Below are positions 8,175 to 17,156 of a stretch of DNA of 32,000 bases, piece after piece. The DNA is taken from the NCBI RefSeq assembly GCF_000039765.1, contig NC_004459.3:2121127-2153126 (forward strand), read 5' to 3'. Made by a program: the position numbers and the translations under genes. Position 1 is the first letter of the stretch. The number at the start of each line of letters is the position of its first letter. This DNA comes from Vibrio vulnificus CMCP6. Its GTDB lineage: Bacteria > Pseudomonadota > Gammaproteobacteria > Enterobacterales > Vibrionaceae. The notes under the pieces are model-generated. The model ran no database searches, was not told the origin of the DNA, and was given only the letters and a program-made list of their open reading frames with translations.

Positions 8175-10799
8175 ATGGGTAAATCGCTCGTTATAGTGGA
8201 GTCGCCAGCTAAGGCTAAAACGATCAATAAGTATCTTGGAAAAGACTTTGTGGTTAAGTCGAGTGTTGGTCATGTACGCGACTTGCCTACAGCAGGTCAG
8301 AGTACAGGCGAAAAAGCGGCTGCCATTTCTACTAAGGGTATGAGCGTAGAAGAAAAGGCTCGTATCAAGCAAGAGAAAGATCGTAATGCACTGATCAAGA
8401 AAATGGGTATAGACCCATATCATGATTGGGCTGCAAATTATCAAATTCTGCCAGGCAAAGAAAAAGTTGTCAGCGAATTACAAAAGCTAGCTAAAGACGC
8501 TGATTTTGTTTATCTCGCAACCGATTTGGACCGCGAGGGGGAAGCTATTGCGTGGCACCTTCGTGAGATCATCGGTGGCGATGAAGCACGCTATAAACGA
8601 GTCGTTTTTAACGAAATTACTAAGAATGCAATTCAGCAAGCATTCCAAAAACCTGGCCATCTCAATATGGATGGGGTTAACGCACAACAAGCGCGTCGAT
8701 TCATGGACCGCGTTGTGGGCTTTATGGTGTCCCCATTACTGTGGAAGAAAGTGGCTCGCGGTTTGTCTGCAGGTCGTGTGCAATCGGTCGCTGTGAAGCT
8801 TTTGGTGGAACGTGAACGAGAGATCAAAGCGTTTGTACCGGAAGAATTTTGGGACATTCACGCCAACACACTGACGCAAGAAACGATGCCATTTAAGCTT
8901 TTGGTTGCTCAAAAGTCTGGTGACACGTTCCGCCCAGTCAATGAAGCGGAAACTAATGCCGCTCTGGCGGTTCTGCAAAAAGCACAGTTTGAAGTTTGCA
9001 AGCGGGAAGACCGTCCTACTAAGAGCAAACCTTCAGCGCCGTTTATTACGTCAACGCTCCAACAAGCGGCAAGTACTCGCTTAGGCTATGGCGTTAAGAA
9101 AACCATGATGTTGGCTCAGCGTTTGTACGAAGCAGGTTACATCACCTATATGCGTACTGACTCGACCAATTTAAGCCAAGAAGCGGTAGAAGCAGTTCGT
9201 GGGTACATCAGTGATGAATTTGGATCTCGCTACTTGCCAAAAGCACCATTGGTTTATGGTAGCAAGCAAGGGGCACAAGAAGCACACGAAGCGATTCGTC
9301 CTTCAGATGTCAACGTCAAAGCAGATGCTCTAGAGGGTGTTGACGCTGACGCACACAAACTTTATGCCTTGATTTGGAATCAGTTTGTCGCCTGTCAAAT
9401 GACTGAAGCTGAGTACGACTCAACGACGGTGAGCGTTAAAGCCGCAGAATATACCTTGAAAGCAAAAGGTCGCATTCTGAAATTTGATGGTTGGACTCGC
9501 GTGCAGCGCCCACTGGGCAAAAATGAAGATACGATCCTTCCAGCGGTTCAAGTGGGCGATAAGCTAAACCTTGAGTCCTTAGAGCCGAAACAGCACTTTA
9601 CCAAGCCGCCGGCTCGTTTTACCGAAGCTGCTTTGGTTAAAGAGCTAGAGAAGCGCGGCATTGGTCGTCCTTCAACTTATGCCTCCATTATCTCGACTAT
9701 TCAAGACCGTGGTTACGTAAAAGTGGACCAGCGTCGTTTCTACGCCGAGAAAATGGGTGAAATCGTGACTGACCGTCTTGATGACAGTTTCAACGATCTG
9801 ATGAACTACGACTTTACTGCTCGTATGGAAGAGAAGCTGGATAAAATCGCCGAAGGCGATGTTAACTGGAAAGACGTTCTGAATCAGTTCTTTGCAGACT
9901 TCACCACAGATCTTGGCCGAGCCGAAGAAGACGAAGCACATGGCGGTATGAAGCCAAATCACATTGTTATGACGGATATTCAATGTCCGACCTGTTCGCG
10001 TCCAATGGGCATTCGTACTGCGTCTACTGGGGTTTTCCTTGGCTGTTCTGGTTACGCATTGCCAGTGAAAGAACGTTGTAAGACGACCATTAATCTTGGT
10101 GATGAAGAAGGCATCATCAACGTGCTTGAAGAAGATGTTGAAACTGCTGCGCTTCGAGCAAAGAAACGTTGTCCTATCTGTGAAACCGCGATGGATGCAT
10201 ACCTGATCGATGATAAACGCAAGATGCACGTATGTGGTAACAATCCAAACTGTGAGGGTTACTTAGTCGAGCATGGTGAGTTTAAAGTCAAAGGTTATGA
10301 CGGCCCTGTGGTTGAGTGTGACAAGTGTGGCAGTGACATGGTGCTCAAAAACGGTCGCTTTGGTAAATACATGGATTGCACGAGTGAGACCTGCAAGAAC
10401 ACGCGTAAGATCCTGAAAAACGGTGAAGTAGCACCACCAAAAGAAGATCCAGTGCATTTCCCTGAATTGCCATGCAGCAACTCAGATGCGTACTTTGTTC
10501 TTCGTGATGGTGCTGCTGGCTTATTCCTCGCCGCGAGTAATTTCCCGAAATCTAGAGAAACGCGTGTGCCGTTGGTTTCTGAGCTGGCTCGATTTGCTGA
10601 GCGTCTGCCAGAGAAATACAAACACCTTGCACAAGCGCCGACGCAAGATCCTGATGGTGTCGAGGCGGTTGTTCGTTTTAGCCGTAAAATCAAAGAAAAC
10701 TATGTACGCACTGAAGTCGATGGAAAACCGACAGGTTGGACAGCGCTCTATGTTGATGGTAAATGGGAAGTGACGGATAAACGTAAAAACGCGAAATAA
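8175..10799 (+). CDS. topA: DNA topoisomerase I (type IA)
   Basis: 874 aa. It has the Toprim N-terminus ([18 protein letters not shown]), the active-site region YITYMRTDS, and C-terminal Cys4 zinc ribbons (CPTCSRPM..., CPICETAM..., CDKCGSDM...). Confidence 0.97.
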   Translation: MGKSLVIVESPAKAKTINKYLGKDFVVKSSVGHVRDLPTAGQSTGEKAAAISTKGMSVEEKARIKQEKDRNALIKKMGIDPYHDWAANYQILPGKEKVVSELQKLAKDADFVYLATDLDREGEAIAWHLREIIGGDEARYKRVVFNEITKNAIQQAFQKPGHLNMDGVNAQQARRFMDRVVGFMVSPLLWKKVARGLSAGRVQSVAVKLLVEREREIKAFVPEEFWDIHANTLTQETMPFKLLVAQKSGDTFRPVNEAETNAALAVLQKAQFEVCKREDRPTKSKPSAPFITSTLQQAASTRLGYGVKKTMMLAQRLYEAGYITYMRTDSTNLSQEAVEAVRGYISDEFGSRYLPKAPLVYGSKQGAQEAHEAIRPSDVNVKADALEGVDADAHKLYALIWNQFVACQMTEAEYDSTTVSVKAAEYTLKAKGRILKFDGWTRVQRPLGKNEDTILPAVQVGDKLNLESLEPKQHFTKPPARFTEAALVKELEKRGIGRPSTYASIISTIQDRGYVKVDQRRFYAEKMGEIVTDRLDDSFNDLMNYDFTARMEEKLDKIAEGDVNWKDVLNQFFADFTTDLGRAEEDEAHGGMKPNHIVMTDIQCPTCSRPMGIRTASTGVFLGCSGYALPVKERCKTTINLGDEEGIINVLEEDVETAALRAKKRCPICETAMDAYLIDDKRKMHVCGNNPNCEGYLVEHGEFKVKGYDGPVVECDKCGSDMVLKNGRFGKYMDCTSETCKNTRKILKNGEVAPPKEDPVHFPELPCSNSDAYFVLRDGAAGLFLAASNFPKSRETRVPLVSELARFAERLPEKYKHLAQAPTQDPDGVEAVVRFSRKIKENYVRTEVDGKPTGWTALYVDGKWEVTDKRKNAK

Positions 10800-10811
10800 C
10801 CGAGTTTGATG

Positions 10812-10839
10812 AAGCAGCCAACATTGGCTGCTTTTTTTA
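10812..10839 (+). terminator. topA terminator (aagcagcca-acat-tggctgctt + T7)
   Basis: GC-rich stem followed by ttttttt, beginning 13 nt after the topA stop. Confidence 0.9.
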
Positions 10840-11281
10840 TCTCTATCACTCACCAATTGGCTCTGCTTGTCTCCCATGACGAGTGCTGGTGACACAGGCG
10901 ATATCTATGAGATCTCTTTGTCATCGCTCTTTCATATGTCTGACTTATTCTGTTCACATGCGCTTAAGAATGTGCGTGTCGGAAATGTGTAACACAGCTG
11001 TTCGGGATATGTAAATAAACACCTGTTTGAGTGTGACTTAGGTAACGACTTCCCAACGCAACAAATGCATGCAGCACACAATACCCTATTTGAAATTGTA
11101 ATTTGTTGGAAGTGCGATAACTTATACGAAACTTGTGCAATATTAATGTAATGCCTTGATCAACAATGATTCGGCTTAAAGAATTCAAGGTTTTGCACAA
11201 GGGATAACAATTTGAGCTCAGTGTCCCCCCACATAGTGAACTCACTGAGTCTTCTAGCTATAACGAAATGGAGAACAACGA

Positions 11282-12499
11282 ATGGCTGGTGTTTTGGGAA
11301 TGATTCTTGCTGGCGGTGAAGGTTCAAGGCTACGTCCTTTGACGGAATCTCGTAGTAAACCTGCGGTGCCTTTCGGCGGTAGTTACCGCTTAATCGACTT
11401 CGCGTTAAACAACTTTGTGAATGCTGACTTGATGCGTATTTACGTGTTAACGCAGTTTAAATCTCAATCTCTGTTCCATCATATGAAAAAAGGGTGGAAC
11501 ATCAACGGTATTACTGATCGTTTTATTGACCCCATTCCCGCACAGATGCGCACTGGCAAACGTTGGTATGAAGGTACTGCCGACGCTATCTACCAAAACC
11601 TACGTTTTATGGAGCTGTCTGAACCAGAACAAGTGTGTATCTTTGGTTCGGATCATATTTACAAGATGGACATTAAGCAGATGCTTAGTTTCCACAAAGA
11701 GAAACTGGCCGCATTAACCGTTTCTGCTTTAAGAATGCCATTAGCAGAAGCGTCGCAGTTTGGTGTGATTGAAGTCGATGCAGAAGGGCGTATGGTGGGC
11801 TTTGAAGAGAAACCGAGCGCGCCTAAATCGATTCCGGGTGACCCAGACTTTGCCTTGGTTTCAATGGGTAACTATATCTTTGAAGCGGATGTGCTGTTCG
11901 CTGAGTTGATTGAAGATGCGGACAACGAAAACTCATCCCACGATTTTGGGAAAGATATTATTCCTAAGATGTTCCCACGTGGTGATGTATTCGTGTACGA
12001 CTTTAGCCAAAACCGCATTTCCGGAGAAAAAGCGGAAGTGTATTGGCGTGATGTCGGTACCATTGATGCTTACTGGCAAGCGCACATGGATCTGTTGAAA
12101 ACAGACGCGCCATTCTCTCTATACAACCGAAAATGGCCGCTGCACACCTATCAGCCACCGTTGCCTCCAGCGACGTTTACCGATTCAGATAACGGGCGTG
12201 TACAGATTATTGATAGTCTAGTTTGCAATGGCAGCTACGTACGTGGTTCACGTATCGAAAAGTCTGTGCTAGGTTTCCGTAGTAATATCGCATCAGCCTG
12301 CGATATTAGCGAGTCTATTTTATTGGGTGATGTCAAAGTTGGGGAAGGCTGCGTGTTACGCCGTGTTATTGTTGACAAGGACGTAGATATCGCGCCAGGA
12401 ACGCAAATAGGTGTGAATTTGCAGGAAGATAAGAAAATCTTCCATGTCTCTGATGACGGTATCGTTGTTATTCCAAAAGGAGCAAGAGTTGGCTACTAA
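11282..12499 (+). CDS. glgC: Glucose-1-phosphate adenylyltransferase
   Basis: 405 aa; ILAGGEGSRLRPLTESRSKPAVPFGGSYRLIDFALNN plus the C-terminal left-handed beta-helix region. GGAG lies 8 nt upstream of the ATG. Confidence 0.96.
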   Translation: MAGVLGMILAGGEGSRLRPLTESRSKPAVPFGGSYRLIDFALNNFVNADLMRIYVLTQFKSQSLFHHMKKGWNINGITDRFIDPIPAQMRTGKRWYEGTADAIYQNLRFMELSEPEQVCIFGSDHIYKMDIKQMLSFHKEKLAALTVSALRMPLAEASQFGVIEVDAEGRMVGFEEKPSAPKSIPGDPDFALVSMGNYIFEADVLFAELIEDADNENSSHDFGKDIIPKMFPRGDVFVYDFSQNRISGEKAEVYWRDVGTIDAYWQAHMDLLKTDAPFSLYNRKWPLHTYQPPLPPATFTDSDNGRVQIIDSLVCNGSYVRGSRIEKSVLGFRSNIASACDISESILLGDVKVGEGCVLRRVIVDKDVDIAPGTQIGVNLQEDKKIFHVSDDGIVVIPKGARVGY

Positions 12500-13946
12500 C
12501 CCTTTGTCGATTCTGTTTGTAGCATCGGAAGTCGAAGGTTTGATCAAAAGTGGTGGCTTGGCGGATGTTGCCAAGGCACTGCCTGAAGCTTTAGTGAACC
12601 TTCAGCATGATGCGAGAATTGCCATTCCGGCTTATACCGCAATTCCAGATGTGTGTGATGATGAAGTCATCCTCGATACACATCTAGAAACCTGGCCACA
12701 TACTCATTATCAAGTCAAAAAACGTTTCTTAGGTGACAATCCTGTCTACTTAATTGCGTGTGGGCATTATTTTGACCGTCCGTCGATGTACGCTGAGAAT
12801 AATCAGGCGTATACCGATAACGGTGAGCGCTTTGCTTTTTTTAGTGCTGCTTGTTTGGATATGTTACCAAAGATTGGTTTCCAGCCTGACATCGTGCATG
12901 CCAATGATTGGCATACAGGCTTAGTGCCATTTTTGCTTAAGCACCGTTACGGTCAAGATCCGTTTTTTGCACAAACAAAGAGTATTTTGTCTATCCATAA
13001 TGCGGTCTTTAAAGGTGTCTTTCACTATGATGAGATGCAATGTTTGCCTGAATTTCATTGCCGAAATGTACCCGATGCTGCTGTCAGCTCTACGCATATG
13101 ACGATGCTGAAAGCTGGGGTTATGAATGCGGATAAAATCAACGCAGTGAGCCCAACTTATGCAGAGGAACTGAAAACTGAACTTGGCAGTCACGGAATGG
13201 CTTGGGAGTTTCAGCAACGCGCGGGTGATCTCGTCGGGATTCTAAACGGCTGCGATTATTCTGCATGGCATCCAGATACTGACAGCTATTTACCCATCAA
13301 CTACAAAGCAACTAAGCAGAGCATGGTGAGAGGGAAAAATGGCTGTAAACGTGCGCTTCAAGAGCAAGTCGGCCTACCTATAAAGGACGTCGCTATGTTT
13401 GGTATGGTATGTCGCTTGACGCATCAGAAAGGGGTGCATTACCTATTGCCAGTATTAACTGAGTTCCTGAAGTTGGATGTTCAGTTGGTTTTGGTTGGGA
13501 CCGGTGATCCGTTGCTTGCTGCGCAATTACGTGATGTTGCAGCACAGTTCGGTGAAAAGTTTGTCTTTGTTGAAGCTTATAACAATCAACTCGCACACTT
13601 AGTTGAAGCTGCATCCGATTTCTTTTTAATGCCTTCAGAGTTTGAGCCTTGTGGCTTAAACCAAATCTATAGCATGGCGTATGGCTCCTTGCCGATCGTG
13701 AGAGGCGTTGGGGGTCTAAAAGACAGTGTATGTGATTACGATGTGAATCCAGAGACTGCGACAGGATTTGTGTTCTATGAGCCCACAGCGCAAGCGTTGT
13801 TGATTACCATGCAAAGAGCGTTGTTACTGTATGCACAGAACCTAACAGAGCTTCGACGGGTTCAGCTGTACGCGATGGAACGAGATTTTTGCTGGAACAA
13901 GGCAGCAGAGCAATATGTGGAGTTGTATCGTTCTGCGCTAAAATAG
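12489..13946 (+). CDS. glgA: Glycogen synthase (ADP-glucose type)
   Basis: ILFVASEVEGLIKSGGLADVAKALP (the KxGGL motif) lies near the N-terminus, and a GT-B fold follows through to the C-terminus. I place the start at TTG 12489 (AAGGAG 6 nt upstream; leaves 7 residues before the conserved ILF..., as in E. coli GlgA). The ATG at 12444 is the alternative and would overlap glgC by 56 nt. Confidence 0.9.
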   Translation: MATNPLSILFVASEVEGLIKSGGLADVAKALPEALVNLQHDARIAIPAYTAIPDVCDDEVILDTHLETWPHTHYQVKKRFLGDNPVYLIACGHYFDRPSMYAENNQAYTDNGERFAFFSAACLDMLPKIGFQPDIVHANDWHTGLVPFLLKHRYGQDPFFAQTKSILSIHNAVFKGVFHYDEMQCLPEFHCRNVPDAAVSSTHMTMLKAGVMNADKINAVSPTYAEELKTELGSHGMAWEFQQRAGDLVGILNGCDYSAWHPDTDSYLPINYKATKQSMVRGKNGCKRALQEQVGLPIKDVAMFGMVCRLTHQKGVHYLLPVLTEFLKLDVQLVLVGTGDPLLAAQLRDVAAQFGEKFVFVEAYNNQLAHLVEAASDFFLMPSEFEPCGLNQIYSMAYGSLPIVRGVGGLKDSVCDYDVNPETATGFVFYEPTAQALLITMQRALLLYAQNLTELRRVQLYAMERDFCWNKAAEQYVELYRSALK

Positions 13947-13971
13947 AGTAAAAGTTCTGAAATATGAATGG

Positions 13972-13997
13972 AAAGGCACTGATTATGGTGCCTTTTT
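13972..13997 (+). terminator. glgA terminator (aaaggcac-tgattatg-gtgccttt + T-run)
   Basis: 8-bp stem running into ttttt, 26 nt after the glgA stop. Confidence 0.8.
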
Positions 13998-14198
13998 ACG
14001 TTTTTTAACCGAACTCAAATAGAATTTGAATTGATATGTGGTAGGATTCTTGCCTCCCATTCTTACTATGGTGATTCATTAACTATCCTTGTGGCTGAAG
14101 TCCCCATTTCGATTGGATTGTTCTTTGATACATCACCATTGCAAGTGGGCTAGCTATACTGTTTAAACCTTTTAGTTTTCTTTTTTTGGCGTTGTTTT

Positions 14199-14993
14199 AT
14201 GGCTCAGGCGTTACTATTTCACAAAACTTATCTCCATCCTACCAGCCAAGAGTGGGTGGTTTTTGTGCATGGTGCGGGTGGCAGTTCGTCCATCTGGTTT
14301 AAGCAAATTAAAGCGTACAAGCAGCATTTCAATCTGTTATTGGTTGACTTGCGTGGGCACGGTAAATCCAATCAACTATTAAAAGAATTGATCAGTAACC
14401 GCTATACCTTTGGGGCGGTGACGCAAGATATCCTTAAGGTGCTTGATCATCTTAAAATTCATTCCGCGCATTTCGTTGGGATGTCGCTAGGGACGATCAT
14501 TGTCCGAAATCTTGCGGAATTGGCAGGAGAAAGGGTTAAATCTATGGTGCTTGGTGGTGCGGTAACGCGTCTCGATGCGCGCTCTCGTATCTTGGTCTCT
14601 CTCGGTAACTTTGGCAAACATGTGTTGCCCTATATGTGGTTATACAAACTGTTTGCCTATATTGTGATGCCGCAAAAAAATCAGCAGGAATCACGCCATC
14701 TCTTTATCCGTGAAGCGAAGAAGCTTTGTCAAAAGGAGTTTAAGCGCTGGTTTATACTCGCGGCAGAGGTGAACCCACTAATGCGTTATTTCAAAGAACG
14801 TGAATTGCCGATCCCAACGTTATATTTGATGGGAGACCGTGATTACATGTTCATTAAACCCGTCAAAGAGATGGTTGCGGCTCACACCCAGAGTGAGTTG
14901 CTAGAGATAAAAAACTGTGGTCATGTGTGCAATGTGGAAAAGCCCGACGAGTTTAACCAGCATTCGATCGATTTTATCCAACGTCAAATCTAA
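14199..14993 (+). CDS. Alpha/beta-fold hydrolase
   Basis: 264 aa. Oxyanion-region VVFVHGAGGS, nucleophile elbow GMSLG, and a C-terminal CGH triad histidine. Substrate unknown; no obvious SD upstream of the ATG. Confidence 0.8.
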   Translation: MAQALLFHKTYLHPTSQEWVVFVHGAGGSSSIWFKQIKAYKQHFNLLLVDLRGHGKSNQLLKELISNRYTFGAVTQDILKVLDHLKIHSAHFVGMSLGTIIVRNLAELAGERVKSMVLGGAVTRLDARSRILVSLGNFGKHVLPYMWLYKLFAYIVMPQKNQQESRHLFIREAKKLCQKEFKRWFILAAEVNPLMRYFKERELPIPTLYLMGDRDYMFIKPVKEMVAAHTQSELLEIKNCGHVCNVEKPDEFNQHSIDFIQRQI

Positions 14994-15038
14994 TGAAATA
15001 AGAGGAAGGCTAGGACCTTTCTCTGTCAATTGCGCTCA

Positions 15039-15347
15039 TTACTCAAGTACTTGTCCACAATGCCAGCAAGCTCCAAATTGACCTTCTATTTCTTCTCCGC
15101 ACTGTGGGCATAGCCAATTTTGATGTGCGACTTGCTGCTCACGAAAGCTGGCTAATATCGCTTTAGCAAAATCGAGTTTCTCGGGTTCCAACAACCAAAT
15201 GTATGGATTGGTATCCTCGGTTGCTGGTAATTCACCTTTTAAGCCAAATAAACCCTCACCTCGAACCTCACATTGTACCGCTTCATTAATCAGCAATTGA
15301 CACACAATATGTGCTTCGATAGGGGTGTTGGCGGTGAATATCTTCAT
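15039..15347 (-). CDS. DUF2007-like small protein with a C-terminal CxxC...CxxC zinc ribbon
   Basis: 102 aa. The N-terminal region resembles the putative signal-transducing DUF2007 fold, and the C-terminus has CPQCGEE...CWHCG. AAGGAAG lies upstream of the ATG. Its start codon lies 13 nt downstream of the stop of the TVP38-family gene on the same strand, so the two are probably co-transcribed. Confidence 0.7.
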   Translation of the reverse strand: MKIFTANTPIEAHIVCQLLINEAVQCEVRGEGLFGLKGELPATEDTNPYIWLLEPEKLDFAKAILASFREQQVAHQNWLCPQCGEEIEGQFGACWHCGQVLE

Positions 15348-15360
15348 AAGTGGCTTCCTT

Positions 15361-16038
15361 TTATGAAGAGAGCTGAGGTCTAAATTTACTCATGATCCAT
15401 TTTACAGCGATAGGAAACACACCCAGTAACGCAAATGAGGCTAATACTGTCGGTGAAAGTATCCCCGACAACGAGTTGATGTCGGCCAATTGTGTCCCCG
15501 CATTTAGGTAAACAGCCGTACCAGGTAGCATGCCGATCTGGCTAGTAAGATAGTAACGACCAATGGAAATTGGTGTTAAACCCATCAGCAAGTTAATAAG
15601 GAAAAATGGGAAGACTGGGATCAGGCGTAACGAAAATAGATAAAAGGCGCCATCCTTTTCAACGCCTTGGTTGATCGCGCTAAGTTTGTCTCCAAAACGT
15701 GCCTGCACCCAATCTTTTAGCAGGTAGCGACTACTCAAAAATGCGATGGTTGCTCCAATGGTGCTGGCAAATGAGACAAGCAATAGGCTATACCAAAAAC
15801 CAAACAGAGCAGCGCCCAATAGTGTGACGACGGTTGCTCCTGGTACTGAAAAGGCGGTAAGACCAACGTAAATGACAAAATAGCTTATTGAAGCAAACAG
15901 AAAGTTTTCTTCAATAAAACTGTTCAGGGCAAGTTGTTGTGCTTTAGCGTTGTCGAGTGTGAGGTATTGACTAAAATTAACCGCCAATAAAATAATGGTC
16001 GCGATAAGCAAGATTCCGAATACGAGTTTTTTGTTCAT
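15361..16038 (-). CDS. TVP38/TMEM64 (DedA-related, SNARE-associated) family inner-membrane protein
   Basis: 225 aa, multi-pass hydrophobic, with the family-typical ...RLIPVFPFFLINLLMGLT... segment. GGAGA lies 8 nt upstream of the ATG. Confidence 0.8.
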   Translation of the reverse strand: MNKKLVFGILLIATIILLAVNFSQYLTLDNAKAQQLALNSFIEENFLFASISYFVIYVGLTAFSVPGATVVTLLGAALFGFWYSLLLVSFASTIGATIAFLSSRYLLKDWVQARFGDKLSAINQGVEKDGAFYLFSLRLIPVFPFFLINLLMGLTPISIGRYYLTSQIGMLPGTAVYLNAGTQLADINSLSGILSPTVLASFALLGVFPIAVKWIMSKFRPQLSS

Positions 16039-16103
16039 TCAATTTTTCTCCAGATAGCTTGGTTATCAGACCTGATTGATACAGAAAATCTTTCAAACGA
16101 TAT

Positions 16104-16133
16104 AAAAAAACCACATCATTTTGATGTGGTTTT
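16104..16133 (-). terminator. tfoY terminator (ccacatca-ttt-tgatgtgg, U7 on the minus strand)
   Basis: Perfect 8-bp stem with A/T extensions. The minus-strand transcript reads ...ccacatcaaaatgatgtggttttttt. It begins 30 nt after the tfoY stop. Confidence 0.88.
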
Positions 16134-16162
16134 AATCTATAAGAAATAATAAACGTGCTTGC

Positions 16163-16756
16163 CTACAAAGACAATTTATTCACTAATTCGTCTCGACGTT
16201 GCTGAGGAATCACACTCCAGTGCGTACCATTGATGGCTCCCTCTAACGCCCAAAGCAGCTCTAAGCTCACGGCACCACTGTGGGTGTTTTTAATCGCTTC
16301 GTATGCACGAACCGCGCCTTGAGACTCCAACTGCTCGACTGTTTCAATTCCCGCCTTTTTCAGCATTCGTTCGGTGGCTAAACGCAGGTTAGGCAGGTCT
16401 TTTAATCGTTCAGGTTTTGCTGTTGCTTGCTGTTGTTTATCGTTATTAGCACTGGCCAATGCACGTTTGGCTACGTTGAGTAGTGCATTTTGGTCTTGCC
16501 ATAGCGCGTCTGAAATCGCGTAGTACTTAGTGACAACAGGGAAACCACGCTTAGTATAAACGTATGGTTTGAGTCCTTGCTTTTCAAAAAGTAATGTTGA
16601 TTTTTGATCTGCGCGAATATGAAGCTGGTCTTTCACCACAAGTGCGAACATGGTCTCATCTGCAAAAAGGCCGAATCCGCCAAACATTGAGCGAGATTTT
16701 ATCGCACCAAGTTGCTCAAAAAGCTTCATTGAATCTTTGAGTATCGGTTTATCCAT
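16163..16756 (-). CDS. tfoY: TfoX/Sxy-family regulator, TfoY type
   Basis: 197 aa; the N-terminus [37 protein letters not shown] and the C-terminal [16 protein letters not shown] are TfoX N- and C-domains. I call it TfoY rather than TfoX because of the GEMM-I riboswitch in its leader and the purR-adjacent position, as at V. cholerae VC1722. Confidence 0.9.
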   Translation of the reverse strand: MDKPILKDSMKLFEQLGAIKSRSMFGGFGLFADETMFALVVKDQLHIRADQKSTLLFEKQGLKPYVYTKRGFPVVTKYYAISDALWQDQNALLNVAKRALASANNDKQQQATAKPERLKDLPNLRLATERMLKKAGIETVEQLESQGAVRAYEAIKNTHSGAVSLELLWALEGAINGTHWSVIPQQRRDELVNKLSL

Positions 16757-16869
16757 GATGTGTTATCTCGGTGTAATTACTATTACGCCACCAAATCAGG
16801 TCCGAGAGATTAGCAAACCAATGCAAATACAATGTCATTAATGGGTAAACTTGTTGTTATGCATTTTTG

Positions 16870-16961
16870 CCATCGGTAACCCCGCTACCTACCAAAAAAC
16901 GTCTGGTTTAGGCCGGAGGCTTTGCGTCCCACTTTTTCAAATGGTTTGCCCTGTGCGTGAC
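16870..16961 (-). promoter_or_regulatory. Cyclic-di-GMP-I (GEMM-I) riboswitch aptamer, homologue of V. cholerae Vc2
   Basis: The minus strand reads GUCACGCACAGGGCAAACCAUUUGAAAAAGUGGGACGCAAAGCCUCCGGCCUAAACCAGACGUUUUUUGGUAGGUAGCGGGGUUACCGAUGG. The stretches CACGCACAGGGCAAACC, GGGACGCAAAGCCUCCGGCCUAAACC and GGUAGGUAGCGGGGUUACCGAUGG match the Vc2 aptamer as I remember it. A GAAA tetraloop and a tetraloop-receptor helix are present. It lies 114 nt upstream of the tfoY AUG. Confidence 0.9.
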
Positions 16962-17111
16962 ACTAGAAGGATACGATTTCTATTGGAGTAACATCACATT
17001 TTCAAATAAAAAATGTGACATTGGTTCAGATAATAGTTGCAGTTAAGTGAATGATTGCTCGATTTTAAGAACTTAACAGAATTTGACTTAACAAATCACT
17101 TACTAAGAATG

Positions 17112-17140
17112 AAAAAAAAGCATCCAGATTTGGATGCTTT
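17112..17140 (-). terminator. purR terminator (aaagcatcca-gatt-tggatgcttt, U8 on the minus strand)
   Basis: Perfect 10-bp stem, 17 nt after the purR stop. An A8 run on the + strand gives the U-tract on the purR transcript. Confidence 0.9.
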
Positions 17141-17156
17141 AGAATATTAGTCTTAA

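Noticed and set aside
8487-10895. Shadow ORFs inside topA (for example 9672-10229, 10295-10693, 10521-10895). Similar sets occur inside glgC/glgA, purR, mukF/E/B, the AraC gene and the ALDH gene.
   Set aside because: They overlap well-supported genes on the opposite strand or in another frame. They have no recognisable domains or ribosome-binding sites and are the expected by-products of long ORFs in moderately GC-balanced DNA.
11031-11046. CRP-like site TGTGActtaggTAACG upstream of glgC. The palindrome tgtgtaacaca at about 10985-10995 was also considered.
   Set aside because: The first has one good half-site and 3/5 matches in the other. The second lacks the 6-bp spacer of a CRP site. Both are plausible as chance matches in 440 bp of AT-rich DNA.
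10964-11245. A 93-aa minus-strand ORF in the topA-glgC spacer. A 37-codon + strand ORF also starts at 10876.
   Set aside because: The first starts at GTG with no SD, has a Cys/Ser/Leu-rich sequence with no recognisable features, and runs antisense through the likely glgC leader. The 37-codon ORF also lacks an SD.
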